From positions 74,724,088-74,788,087 of the forward strand of contig NC_053155.1 in assembly GCF_016835505.1 (NCBI RefSeq): a stretch of DNA of 64,000 bases, given 5' to 3'. Below, one piece after another: positions 34,590-46,081 of this stretch (the first letter of the stretch is position 1; every line of letters starts with the position of its first letter). The notes under the pieces are model-generated. The model searched no databases. It saw only the letters and a program-made list of their open reading frames with translations, and had not been told where the DNA came from. Position numbers and translations under genes: made by a program. Source of the DNA: Polypterus senegalus (Eukaryota).

Positions 34590-35215
34590 CAAAAAAGAAA
34601 AAGAATAATCTAGGTGCAAATTCAGAAAATAAGGAAAGTAATTATCAGCCAGGAACAAGTGGAATTGCAAAAAAAGCACGTCCAATCGGGACGTGGGCAC
34701 TATACACATGCAGAGCAGGTTAGAGATTATGAAAGCAGGGGAATTCAAAAGGCTCAAAAAAAAAAAAAGCTTTGGTGCGATACACATGTGGAGAAAGTTA
34801 AAGAATATGAATGTAGGAAAATTTGAAAGTATAAAAAAAAAGAAAGTAAAGATCACAGTAGCGCAAACAAATGGAAATTATTACTCGAAAAAGGGAAAAT
34901 AATCACCACGGACCAGGTGTCATTGCAATAAAAGCAGGATAAAGCGAGGTCAGAAATAAAAGACAGAGTAGAAAACAAAGTAAAATGTCATAAAGAGGTT
35001 AAAAAACAAGGGGGCCAAACACATGCAGAGCGGGTTAGAGATAATGAAAACTGGAATTCAAAAGACTCAAAAAGAAAACATAGGCGTGGAACACATGCAG
35101 AGCAAGATACAGAATATGAATGCAGTAAACAACGACAGTGTCAAAACAAAGAAAGTAAACATCGCATTAGCGCAAAGAAAGAGAAATTATTACTCGGAGA
35201 AATAATGAAAAGGCG
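34590..35215. repeat. A-rich tandem repeat, ~315-bp unit x2, with an internal ~75-bp sub-duplication
   Basis: Unit 1 (~34705-35019) and unit 2 (~35020-35210) share acacatgcagagc(a/g)ggttagagat(t/a)atgaaa...acacatg(t/c)(g/a)gag...tatgaatg(t/c)ag...aaagtaaa(g/c)atc(a/g)ca(g/t)tagcgcaaa...aattattactcg. The plus-strand ORFs 34693-34902 and 35023-35205 are visibly homologous. Confidence 0.7.
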
Positions 35216-37324
35216 AATAGAGATCGAATATATGAACATAGGTAATATGTCAGAAGTACATAAATATTGTAAGGCTTTGAAGTTTAAGTCAAGAGAATTT
35301 CAAAAACGGAGTTTACCTCACATGAATTTATTGGTTACTTTGCAAAAAAAATGATTAACTGCTGATGATGTAGATTGTTTTGTCTGTGTTGAAATTCCAA
35401 ACAGAGAAGCCTATCCTGAATTATGGTACAAAGTCATTAAACACAAGTCTCACTGACCTCATTAAAAAGATACAGCACATTGGGACTCAAAAGATTCCAA
35501 ATATTGTTTTTACAGAAGTTCTGAAATAAAAGTGAAACTAATGAAATAACAACAATTCAAAGAAAAAAAAATCTTAAAAGTGTGTATCAAAAACAAAAAT
35601 GGGGGTTGGCGAGCGAAGCGAGCAGAGGGCAAAGCCCCCTAGTTGAGAAAAAAAAAGTGGATCCTGTACAAAGTTTAATCCATAGATAAGCTCATATTTA
35701 TGAGTTCATACTCATGCCATGATTGTGTTCATGTATTCTCTATTAAAGAGAATAAAATGTGGAAAGGCCACTGAACTCTAACATTAATATTTAAGCAAAA
35801 TGAACAAAAATCAACTGCACAATGTAATGCCCAGGATGTCCACAAATGGCATACTCGTCTTTGAATCTGGGATATTGACAGACACAAAGCAAGATGGACT
35901 GGGCAAAGAGGACCTGTACACACAGCACAGAAAGTTGTACAAGAGTTTGGTGCTTTTTGTTTTTTATTACAAGTCCAACAGTGTTACAATGTAAAGTGCA
36001 GTGCAGGTTTCTTCTCTAAATAAATACATTAATAATCCAGTAAAAATTGTATCTTTTTGTGGCAGTTTAAAACAACAATAAATAATCCAGTTGATAAATA
36101 ATCACAAGGTCAGCAAGAGGAGACATCCACTGGCTCGAGTTCCCACTACCATCCCTTAGTATTCAGCAGGGGACCCTGCGAGCCCTGCTCCCTTTTTTTC
36201 CCTGCATCCCTCAGTGTTCAGCAAGAGTCTCTCGGAGTGGTTGGTTGCTCCTACTCCTTGGGCACTCATCTAAAGTGACACTACCCCATCCACGCCATCT
36301 GCTCACTCAACTCAGGGCCTTTTCCCAACTGCTTGCCTCCACACTCACTGTTGCCCCGGCACAATCACAATCCTGCTGCTCTGTCTTTCTTTCTTTGTCC
36401 CTTTAACCTCCAGGTTTCTCTTTCTTTTCTTGATCTCCCCCATATCCTGCTCAGGCTCCTTTTATACTATAGTGAGCACTGGTGCTTTAATTAAGAATCC
36501 CACAGTACCCAGTAAGGAAACCAGCAGGACTAACCTACAGATGAATGTGCAATCAGCCAGTTACCCCATCAACACCCGGGGGCCTCTCAACGGAGCTACT
36601 GTAAGCACGTGTGCACCCCCTGGGCCTGAGCTTGCTGTTTTATAAATACTTCCACAGACCCCAAAATGCGCTTTACCAACCTGTTGACCTGTCAGCCAGT
36701 TCTCTGGAAAGTAACAACATGTCGCTGATAAAACTGACACAAAAACAAAACGAAAAAAAATTATTCGGTGTATTACGCAGCAGTGTCCCTCTTAAAGGGG
36801 AACTAAAATACAGTCTGTACGTAATATTTGTTTTTGAGGTGTAATATGTTTGTCACATCAACATGCATTATAATAACGGCTCAGTGATATGAATTATGTG
36901 TGCGAGTCATTTAGCTGCTTCGCCCTGCTTGATCGAGGGTATCGTCCTTTCCCAGTTTCCATGGGCAAAGTTGCTGTAAATATACATACGTTCCCTCAAC
37001 GTGTTTTCTTTTATAAACCCCACATTTCAAGCCTGTTTGTATGTAGACAACCACACTTTATAAAAGAGGTCCCAGGTACAGTACGTCCTCTCTTGAGGTA
37101 TACCAACAATGGCCTACTGAGAAGCTGGAAGGATTACATGAATTAACTAGTCTTTGAGCAGTTGGAGATTCCCAAAATGGGAAGCAAGAGGTTTTAACTG
37201 CAGAGAGTTCAAGTCAGCCAAGTCCTGCATATTGCTACTGCCAGCTTTTACCAGGAACAGAGGAATGAAAACAACGATTGCTGTTTCATTGGCGCACTGA
37301 ATACCCTAGGGTTGATTTTACAGT

Positions 37325-37365
37325 CAAATCTACTTTTGGGTTTTAGATTAGATTAGATTAGATTC
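37325..37365. repeat. (GATTA)n microsatellite leading an interspersed repeat fragment
   Basis: ttagattagattagattagattc followed by a segment resembling 2575-2605. Confidence 0.6.
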
Positions 37366-39297
37366 AATTTTAGTAATCCCAAGCAGAAATTTAGATGCAT
37401 GCAGCAAGAGAAACAACGAAGCTCCAGACTCACAGTATAAATAATGGAATCAATCAATAAATAATGTATATTGTACAGCAGGCAGAAAAGACCCCCAGAG
37501 GAGCTTCTTACGAGTAGCACGCCATGGAGGAATGAACCTGTGGCTAAAAGTGCTTCGAGACAGCGCCTCCTTGAGGGAATGGAAGGGTTTTTTTAATTGA
37601 GGCATTCAATTTTGCCACCATCTTCCAGTGTGTCCAGGGTTAGACCTGTGATGGAGCAGGCTTTCCTGAGAAGTTTGTTCAGGTATTGTGTGTCTTTTGA
37701 CTTCCAAAAAAAACCATGGTAGCACCAGAAGAGTACCAGGACAAAGCACAACGGGTAGCATGCATGCGTTTCCACTAGAGGGCCCTACAAATGGACACAC
37801 TTGCCACCCCGTCCACTCCAAGCCTGACAACATGCGGCTGCTCCACATGTGCATAACAGGAACAAACTGGTAAGTGAACACGTGCCTTTTTCTTTTATTT
37901 TAAGGATGGTGCATGCAAACAGTTAGATGGAAATAGAGCAAAGTGCTTTTAAATGAACACATTCGAAGACGTTTCCTCACAGGTCTGTTGGTCACTTTGT
38001 TTGGTTCTTCGACTTCTGCTTGGCTTTTGCCTTTGCTTTTGAAATGTTATTTTTAGTATGTTGTTATAAATTATAATAAGCTTCTTAGTAAAGTAATTTA
38101 TGAACTGTAGAACCCAAGCACTGGGGTATTGTTACAAGGCGCCCAAGAAAGAGGGGCCTCACATAAAACAACACGAATGATCACCAGCTACCCTGCAGCA
38201 GGAATCATTTTTTATTGTAGCGAAAGAGGACCACTGTGTGTGAAACCCGAAAGACTAAAAATTGTAGCACAGCCCGCAAACACAAGGTGCGAAAATCCAA
38301 CAGACATATAAGACATGAAATGCACAATCCCACATTCCTCATGTGTCAAAAGAAACCATTCATGCACCCTGTAGCAATGGAGACAAAGCATGGCCTCCAC
38401 CTTTTGGAATGGACTAAAACCGTACTACAGTGCTTTATATTATTGATCCCAAGAACTGCACTGTTTATAACTTTGTAATTTAGATACAACTTTATTTGTT
38501 CCCAGGGAGAAATTTGGTTGACAGTAGGGAAGGCTGAAGGGATCTGTGGGTACTGTGACAATACGGGTTCGCTCCACGCTCCCATCCAACTTCCGGGAGC
38601 TCTTGGACCCAACATCATCAGTAATGTCACCGAGATGAGCTGACATATGAGGACAATTCTCAAATGAAGTCAGGGGGTAGTGTAAAAAGTGCCAATGTGC
38701 TTTTATTACACATTAAAAATCAATACAGTGTCCAAAGTGCAGTGGTCCACAATTCCAATAAATAAATTCATAAAAACAGTGAAAAGATGGGATAAAAGAA
38801 TAAATAATTCTTAAAAGTCTTAGGTTAAAATCAGAAGTTAAAAGGCAGTCTCTCTAATTCCGATCTCAGCACACCTCCATCTCATTCTCCCCGGCTCACC
38901 CATTGCTCCCATAGCCAGCGGAGACCCAACAGCCATGAGCTTCTTTTGGCCGACCTCCGTCTTGGCTGTCTTAAGGACATCACGGCCAGACCATCCGAGG
39001 TCAGCTCTCCTCCATTCTTCCTTTGCACTCCTCTAGTCGCTCCTCAGATCCATCGGGAGGACACCTGCCTTGCTCACCCCACTCCACCCAATCATTCAGT
39101 GGGATGGACTAGCCGCTAGAGTGCTACAGCCTTACGCTCCTTTGCAGGTCCCCAGCTCGTGCTGTCTCCTCCTACTAGGTGGCCAGATTATACCTGCTAA
39201 GACTGCTCTTTCATGTCCTTTAATCTTTTTTTCTTCCTCTTTTCCTCGATCCATCCTGGTTTCTCGATCCATCTATCCTCCTTCCTGCTGCTGACCC

Positions 39298-39298
<1 letters not shown>

Positions 39299-39378
<80 letters not shown>

Positions 39379-39380
39379 TA
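39299..39380. repeat. (TA)~40 microsatellite
   Basis: Direct read. Confidence 0.95.
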
Positions 39381-40899
39381 GCCCCATCTCCGTAATTGCA
39401 ATTGCTCACAGTGTCCTGAATGACGCACAGTACCTGCACTGTGAAGGAGTGTCAGTTACGGCACTACGTCCATATGCCCAATTCCCCGGGGGTGCTCCAG
39501 CTTGCAAGATCCTCACATGCTCCCCAACCTGTCCTGGCTTTTTTATATAAGCTCTTTAGATAGATAGAGTAGATAGATAGAAGACACACTTCTGAATAAT
39601 TCATTAGCTGAAAGTGCTCAGTGTTAGTGTGTCAAAGAAGATTTACAATGGCACTCAGTTTTGTTTTAATTTTCTCCTTTGCTACCATGTTTTCACATAT
39701 ATATTTCTGGTTATTAATGTTGGCTTAACTTAAAGTAATAAACTGTGTTATGAGTTTCTCCACCTAACCTTAAAAAGAAAATTATTTAACTGCCCTTTAG
39801 TTAAGAGCAACATCCGCCATGTAGTGCCTTCGCAGAGCGTGCAACACAAACGCACTCACAGAGGGGCTGAGGGCTGCATGTCAGTGCAAGCACACAGGAG
39901 ACATCTCTAAAGATAAAGGACATTTTAAAGTAGGTCCTGATTCCTGATTCCTTGGACAGTTCTTTAAATAGGAACTAAGGAGAATGCATTCAGAACTTTT
40001 GTGCCGTTTTCTACAAGAGAGAATAATATGAAACCAAGCTATGATGAAATCTAGATTTCTGTTTTTTGTTATTCTCTGTTGTCCTGTTTCTGTATATACT
40101 TATGTTATAAATAAACTGCTGTATCTTGTTTACTGCAGCAAGTGTACATGGTTTATTTATTGGAAAATGGTCAATGTCCACATCCAAAGCACAAACAGAT
40201 AAAATGACATTTGTCTTGTGGAGACTTTAGAACTGTGATGAGATCTTTTCAATTCATGAAGTCCTGGCAGGAGCATGAAATGGAGATCTCTCACAGTTTG
40301 CAAGGCTGAGAACACTTAATAAAGACCATAATATGATTAAAGTTCTAGTTTTGATTCATATTGGCTATGATGAAATTATTCAGAACGAATCTTGAATTAG
40401 TGATGGCTCTCTAACTCTGACATGGTTTTATTCATTGTGTTGTCACAGATGGGCCACAGGTCTCACTTTGAGGAGATCGTGACTGGGTGTCTTTGCTGTC
40501 TATTCACCCATTAAGGTGAATTCTCCCTGGGACTCCAGTGGTTATGCAGTGTCAATCACAGGACCACAATGGTGTCTTTATTATCTAATTATTAGATTAA
40601 TTGTAGTTAAAAATAAAATCAATCAAGTGTACCCGTTTATAATAGACTGGCAATTCTTTTAACTTTTTTGTAGTTCTCTCTCATTGCTATCTGCCTGAGG
40701 CTCAACAGACATCAAAGTGAAACTGTTTAGTCATAAGTGACATCTGTTCCAGCTGTAATGATTTACTATCAAACCTTATATTTGTTTTTCTTTGGAAAAT
40801 GTTTTATAAGAGCATTGAAGTTACAAGTGAAGTCCTCATTGCAGATTTGAGCTGTTTTCTGTCCTAAACATGAGGTGGAAAAAAGGACTGCATATGTTA

Positions 40900-41660
40900 T
40901 GGGTGCTCTGAATGTGCTGTTTCTGTGGGCACACGAGAGAATATGTGGCTTGGTAGCACTTGAAAAAGGGCAGCCAATTACAGGCCCAGTGAGGCATTCA
41001 AATGGTGAATAATTGGTATTAAGAGGCCTACTGTGTGCCAAGAACACATTCACCATACCATTCCACTACTACGACTACCTCACACCTTTGGCATAAACCA
41101 GGATTTATACATGTGCCAAATTCTGACCACACAGTCCAAGTGTGGCAGCAGAAGTGGAGATTCACCGTCTCCAGACCAGATGACATGTTTCTAATCTTCA
41201 TTCGTCCAGTTTTTGGGATCTCGTGCCCACTGTAGCCTAACCATCCTATTTATAAGTGACAGGAGATGAAGTCAGTATGATCCTCTGCTGCTGTAGCCTT
41301 CTGCTTCAAACACTTTGTGCTTTCAGAGACACACTTCTGCATGCCACTGCTGTGAAGAGCTGTTATTTCAGAGTTATGGCCTCTCTGTTAGCTTGACCAA
41401 GTCATCTCATTCTTCACTAACCTCTCACATTAACAAGTGTTTTCGCTTATGGAACTGCCGCTTGCTGGAAGTCACCGTATTCTGCGAACTCTACAGACTG
41501 TAAGGCATGACAATCCCAGGAGCGCAGGTGATTCTGAGATATTGAAACCACCAACGTTTGGCACCATCATAGTCAAAGATATTTAGATTTTGCACCCTGC
41601 CCTTTCTTATTTTTGGTCAACATTGACTAAATCTGCAGGTCATGTCTGCATGTTGTATAT
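40900..41660 (-). mobile_element. Tc1-like transposon remnant (transposase N-terminal and DDE-upstream region, with frameshifts and stops)
   Basis: The minus-strand translation ..KNWTNEDWKHVIWSGDGESPLLLPHLDCVVRIWHMYKSWFMPKV.GSRSSGMVW.MCS parallels Tc1 transposase ..K.WT.EDWKKVLWSDESKFELFG.....V.RR..E......V.PTVKHGGGSVMVWGC. The upstream ..RSVSLKAQSV.SRRLQ resembles the Tc1 ..KVS.STV.RVL.R.GL region. Confidence 0.5.
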
Positions 41661-42029
41661 AGTGTGTTAGAGCCATATGATTGGCTGTTTGGAGGACTAG
41701 CATTAACAAAGAGGTTGCACTTAATAACGTGCTAACAGAATGTAAAGTAGCTGGAATGAAATGAACACAATTTGACCCTGGATGGTGGAGATTTAATCAA
41801 ACTAAACTCTTTCTACCAATGTGCTTTAGTTGCTGATGTAAATTGAGATCAAAATGGATTCTCGTATGGTGCCAAGTTAGTAGGCTTTTCCAATAATGTG
41901 CTGCTTTACTTCTCCACTTGTTCTGTATTTGTATATTAGCTTATTAAACATATACTTAAGATTGTTTCAATAAACATCTATATAACATAACTTAAAACTC
42001 TCAAACCCTGTTCATCGAGGTTGGACTCA

Positions 42030-45000
42030 TGGGGAGAGCTGCTTTTCTCACCTTTTCTTTTCAGTATGTCATGTGCCATCTCCTAAGCCTTATCCCTTGG
42101 TCTGTTGGGAAGTTCTTTGGAGGCTATCAAATCCCACACTTTTCCTGCTTCTGCATAAACGATTTTTTTTTTCATATGGCTTCTTCATTTCATCTGGGAT
42201 TTTCCTTAATACCTTCTACTGTAGTTGTATGTGCCCAGCCTCTCTCTCTCTCCTGGTAGTTGTTCCAAAATTCAATTCCTTCTGCCTTCAAAGCTACTAG
42301 TTTCAAAGCTTCCTCCTCTTTTTAATGACTACAGACCAGTGGTACTAATGTCTGACATCATTAAGACTTTTGAGTGGCTGGTCCTAGACTATATGAGGCC
42401 TCTTGTGGTGGACCACCTGGACCCACTGCAGTTTGACAATCGGACAAAGACTGAAGTGGAGATCTGTCTGCTGCAATGGGCTTATTCTCACCTGGAGAAA
42501 GCTGGCAGCACTTTGATTTCTCCAGTGCCTTCACTACCATCCAGCCATCCCTGTTAAGGGGTAAGCTCAGAGATATGTATGTAGATGAGCTTGTGGTGTC
42601 CTAGATAATGGACTATCTGTCAAACAGTATGTGAGGCCCAAGAACTTTGTTTTTGATATGGATGTGAGCAACACTAGAGTACCACCAGGAACAGACTTGA
42701 CTCCGTTTCTCTTCAATCTCTACACTTCAGACTACAGGTAAAATTCCATTACAACGAACTCCCAAGGACCTAAAAAATATTTCGTTATAACGAACATTTC
42801 ATTGTAATGAGATTCTGTATTTGGAGCTATAGTGCTTTCTTTAACTTCAATAGCTTCTTTTGTGTTAATTTTATAAGTTATGCTGACGAGAATTTTTCTC
42901 AGCATTTCCTTGCGATAAAACACTTTTCCCAAGCACGATTGCAGCGTCTGTGGAAGATTGTTTGTCTGTTGCTGAAGCAGGTCAACAACAGACTTATAGC
43001 GCTGCAGTGAAGTGACACAGAAGTAAATCATAAAAGATCGGAGTCGCGCTTGCACCACAAAATACGAGGCTGAGACTCAGTACTTTAGGAAAACCAGCTT
43101 TATTCAGCTTGAAACAGGAACGGCACACTTATTTGTTGTAGCGGGATCTGCCACTCTGCTATACACAGACACAGCAGTCAGGCTGCATTACCCACCGATA
43201 TTTTTCTGTTTGCTTTGGCGGAGAGACGCAGAATATCTTTGAGCCAGCTGTTACCCCGGCAACAGATAAACAGTCTTCCACAGTCGCAGAGATTGCACTT
43301 CGAGAGGCTCTTCGGCGTGTCGTCCAGTTGGGGGAGGTCCCAAGACAGTTTACAAACCTCACATTTTCTTGAATGAGTGCCGCATTAAAAGGAATGTTTC
43401 TTGAAAGGGCATCACTGAACCACATAAAAACTGCTTTTTCAACTTCAAATGCAGCAGTTCATATACGTTTGCAACCCGAGATTTTTTTCTTTTTTTGCTC
43501 GGTCTTTCAAAAAAGTTGACAGCATCGATGGCAAAATTCCAAATTAACTGGCAACGTTTTTTTGTTTTTTTTCTAATATGAAATGTTATTGTTTTTCATG
43601 TCTGCCTTTTCTATAGGAGGGTGACAATGAGTTAAATTCCAAAGGATGTTTTTCAAATGTTAATGAGCAATAAGCAAAAGGTATCACTGAAAACCGCAGG
43701 AAGCAAAAAGGGCAAAAAAAAAAAAAACAGTACGAGGAAAGCTCGAAGAAAGAAAAAAAAATTACAGTGTTTCTGTTTGTGGATCGTTGTGCACAACTGA
43801 GCTGCAGCCTCAGAACTAACTGCTCTGTGGATGATTCATTCAGGCATTTCAAGGTCTTTTGAGCACTTCGTTGTAATGAAAGTATCTGCTGAATGTACTT
43901 GGTAGTAACGAGATTTCTATTGACTCGTGTCATATGGGGAAGCTGTTAGGACCATAGAAATACTTTGTTGTAATGAAAATTTCGTTGTAAAGATATTCGT
44001 TATAACGAAATTTTACCTGTATAAATATAACACCCGGTCATGTCACTGACAGAAATTCTCAGATTATTCTGTATTTATGGGATGTATTGATAAAAGGAAA
44101 GAGACAGAGTATAGGAGTCGGGTCCTGAACTTCGTTTCTTGGTGCAAAGAGATTTGTGTACATCTTAACATCAGCAAAACTAAGGAGCTGGTTATTGACT
44201 TTCCTGTATGTCTGGTCACTATTCAGGGAGTGAATTTAGAGTTGATCCACTCATTCAGTTATTTGGGGGTCCATATTAATGACAGGTTGGACTGGTCTCA
44301 GAACACAGAAGAACCATATACAAAATGGCAGAGCAGGTTCTTTTTTTCTTAGGAAACTGGGTTCTTTTAATGGTGGAAGTGACGTCCTTCACATCTTCTA
44401 TAACTCTGTGATGCCCAGGGCTGCTTTCTACGCTGTGGCATGCTGGGCTGGTAACATCACTTTAAGAGCGGCCCACCAAATCAACAGGCTACTTAAAAGG
44501 GCAAACTCAGGTACACTCAGGACACCCTGAAGATCGCAGCAAAGAAGGGAATTAAAACAAAACTGAGTGCCGTTATGAACAAAGCTGCACATCCTCTCTG
44601 TGACACACTAACATGGAGGACTTTCAGCCAACAAATCATTCAACAGAAGTGTGTCAGGAAACACTACGGGGGCTCCTTTATACCAACAACAATACACCTC
44701 CATAATGCCTCACTGGGACTGGGCCTGCCAAGTCAGAAATTTTCTTGTTACCTTTTATTCTTCCTAATTGATCATATAATGAGCTTCAAAAAAATTAAAA
44801 CAGGAGTCTTTCAATTTCCTTAATAGGTTTTACTGCGGGAAAGGAGATTATTCCTGAGTATAAAAGCTTGGGTAAAATAATCGACTTTATCAACAAAACT
44901 TTCCCCTCATAGCTTAGGTGTTTGTATGGAAATGTACAGAGAGTGATGTCACTGTCACAATAGTCCGAAAGGTCAGATATCCAAGATTCATGAGGACTGA

Positions 45001-45056
45001 GTTTTTGTGACTGTGTTTTGTTTCTGGTTTTATGGTAAAAAAAAAAAATAAATACA
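42030..45056 (+). mobile_element. Rex1/Babar-like LINE (5'-truncated, RT to 3' end) carrying a nested DNA-transposon insertion
   Basis: RT blocks LFNDYRPVVLMSDIIKTFEWLVLDYMRPLVVDHLDPLQFDNR.KT..E and TRVPPGTDLTPFLFNLYTSDYR precede the insertion; GCIDKRKETEYRSRVLNFVSWCKEICVHLNISKTKELVIDF...IQGVNLELIHSFSYLGVHINDRLDWSQNTEEPYTKWQSR, NSVMPRAAFYAVACWAGNITLRAAHQINRLLKRA and HPLCDTL...HYGGSFIPTTIHLHN follow it. This matches the Rex1 consensus (DYRP.ALTS..MK..ERL...DPLQFAYR; STG.PQG.VLSP.LF.LYT.D; W...N.L.LN..KTKE...DF; KYLGVH....L.WS.NT..L.KK.Q.RL..LR). The 3' end assignment is approximate. Confidence 0.6.
42735..44019. mobile_element. non-autonomous TIR DNA transposon (1285 bp) inserted in the Rex1-like RT, with a TA target-site duplication
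   Basis: Termini CAGGTAAAATTCCATTACAACGAA... and ...TTCGTTATAACGAAATTTTACCTG are inverted. They are flanked by TA on each side (acTA|CAGG...CCTG|TAta). Subterminal motifs CGTTRTAACGAA and CATTGTAATGA recur at both ends. The host RT reading frame resumes exactly after the insertion, and there is no transposase ORF inside. Confidence 0.6.
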
Positions 45057-46081
45057 TCTTTGACTTGAACTTTACCTGAAAATTAAAACCTAAATTGTAA
45101 CACACTAAGCATGTTTCTGCCTCATGTTTCTAATTCTGGTCCCTTTTTAAATCCATCTCAGTAGAGTACTGACTTAACTAGAATGTCAAATAATTTATAA
45201 ATGTCTTGAAGGGTGGGCATTCTGTTTTACATAAAAGGTGAGACTGGCTACACGATCTGCGTCCCCTCACTGATTTGCTCTGCGTGATAGTCTGTCTCTT
45301 TAACTTTGTATTGAAGCGGACTTTGCCTTATTAAGAAATGAAGATTTTGAGTCTTACTTTGAAAGATAATGTTTCAGTTTTACAATGCATTGAAAAAATA
45401 CGATCAATGGAAAGAACTAAATTGTAATTTAAGAAAGATGTTGTGAGAAGAGTGTCTTTTTAACTTGGAAATAACTTTTGCCGTTTCCCTTTGCCGATGC
45501 ACTGTGATGTAGCTCTACACTAACTCCATAAGTAAAGCAATCCCATTACGATTTCAGAGGTCCTTAGGAGTTTGGAATGGAGCACGTTCTTTGGGTAACT
45601 GTAGACCATCCCAGCAGCACCAGACACAAGGCAGCACTGGTCTTATTGTGTTTTCAGCCACACACAAAAGGCTGAAGTGGCGTGAGGCCCATAAGAACAC
45701 AGTGCAGAGTCCCAAAATGTCCCCGGAAAGGTTCTTGGAATGCCCACTTGTGGAGGTAAAGACTGTCAAAATCCTTGGCTAGCCACACAAGGGCGAACAA
45801 AAAATCTTTATAAATAGAAGATTTATTTTACACACAAATGCTCTGTAACAAGAAGGTCCATGGAGCACAAAAGGTACAGAAGACAATGCCTTCAAAATAA
45901 GTAATTCCAATAGTCCTAATACGAAATCCAAGAGAACAGTTGAAAATCAGAGCAAAAGAACTAAAAAAAAAAAAACAAAAACAAAAATAAGTAATAATCA
46001 TAAAAGCAATAAACACAGGAGAACTCACCAACCACCTAATGCATTCAATGAACCACAACGGACTGTGGCTCTTTTTCAACC

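Noticed and set aside
36120-36420. Unclassified moderately GC-rich segments (also 38850-39298)
   Set aside because: They look repeat-like (low complexity, CT-rich), but I found no second copy in the window and no recognisable coding motif. They cannot be classified from sequence alone.
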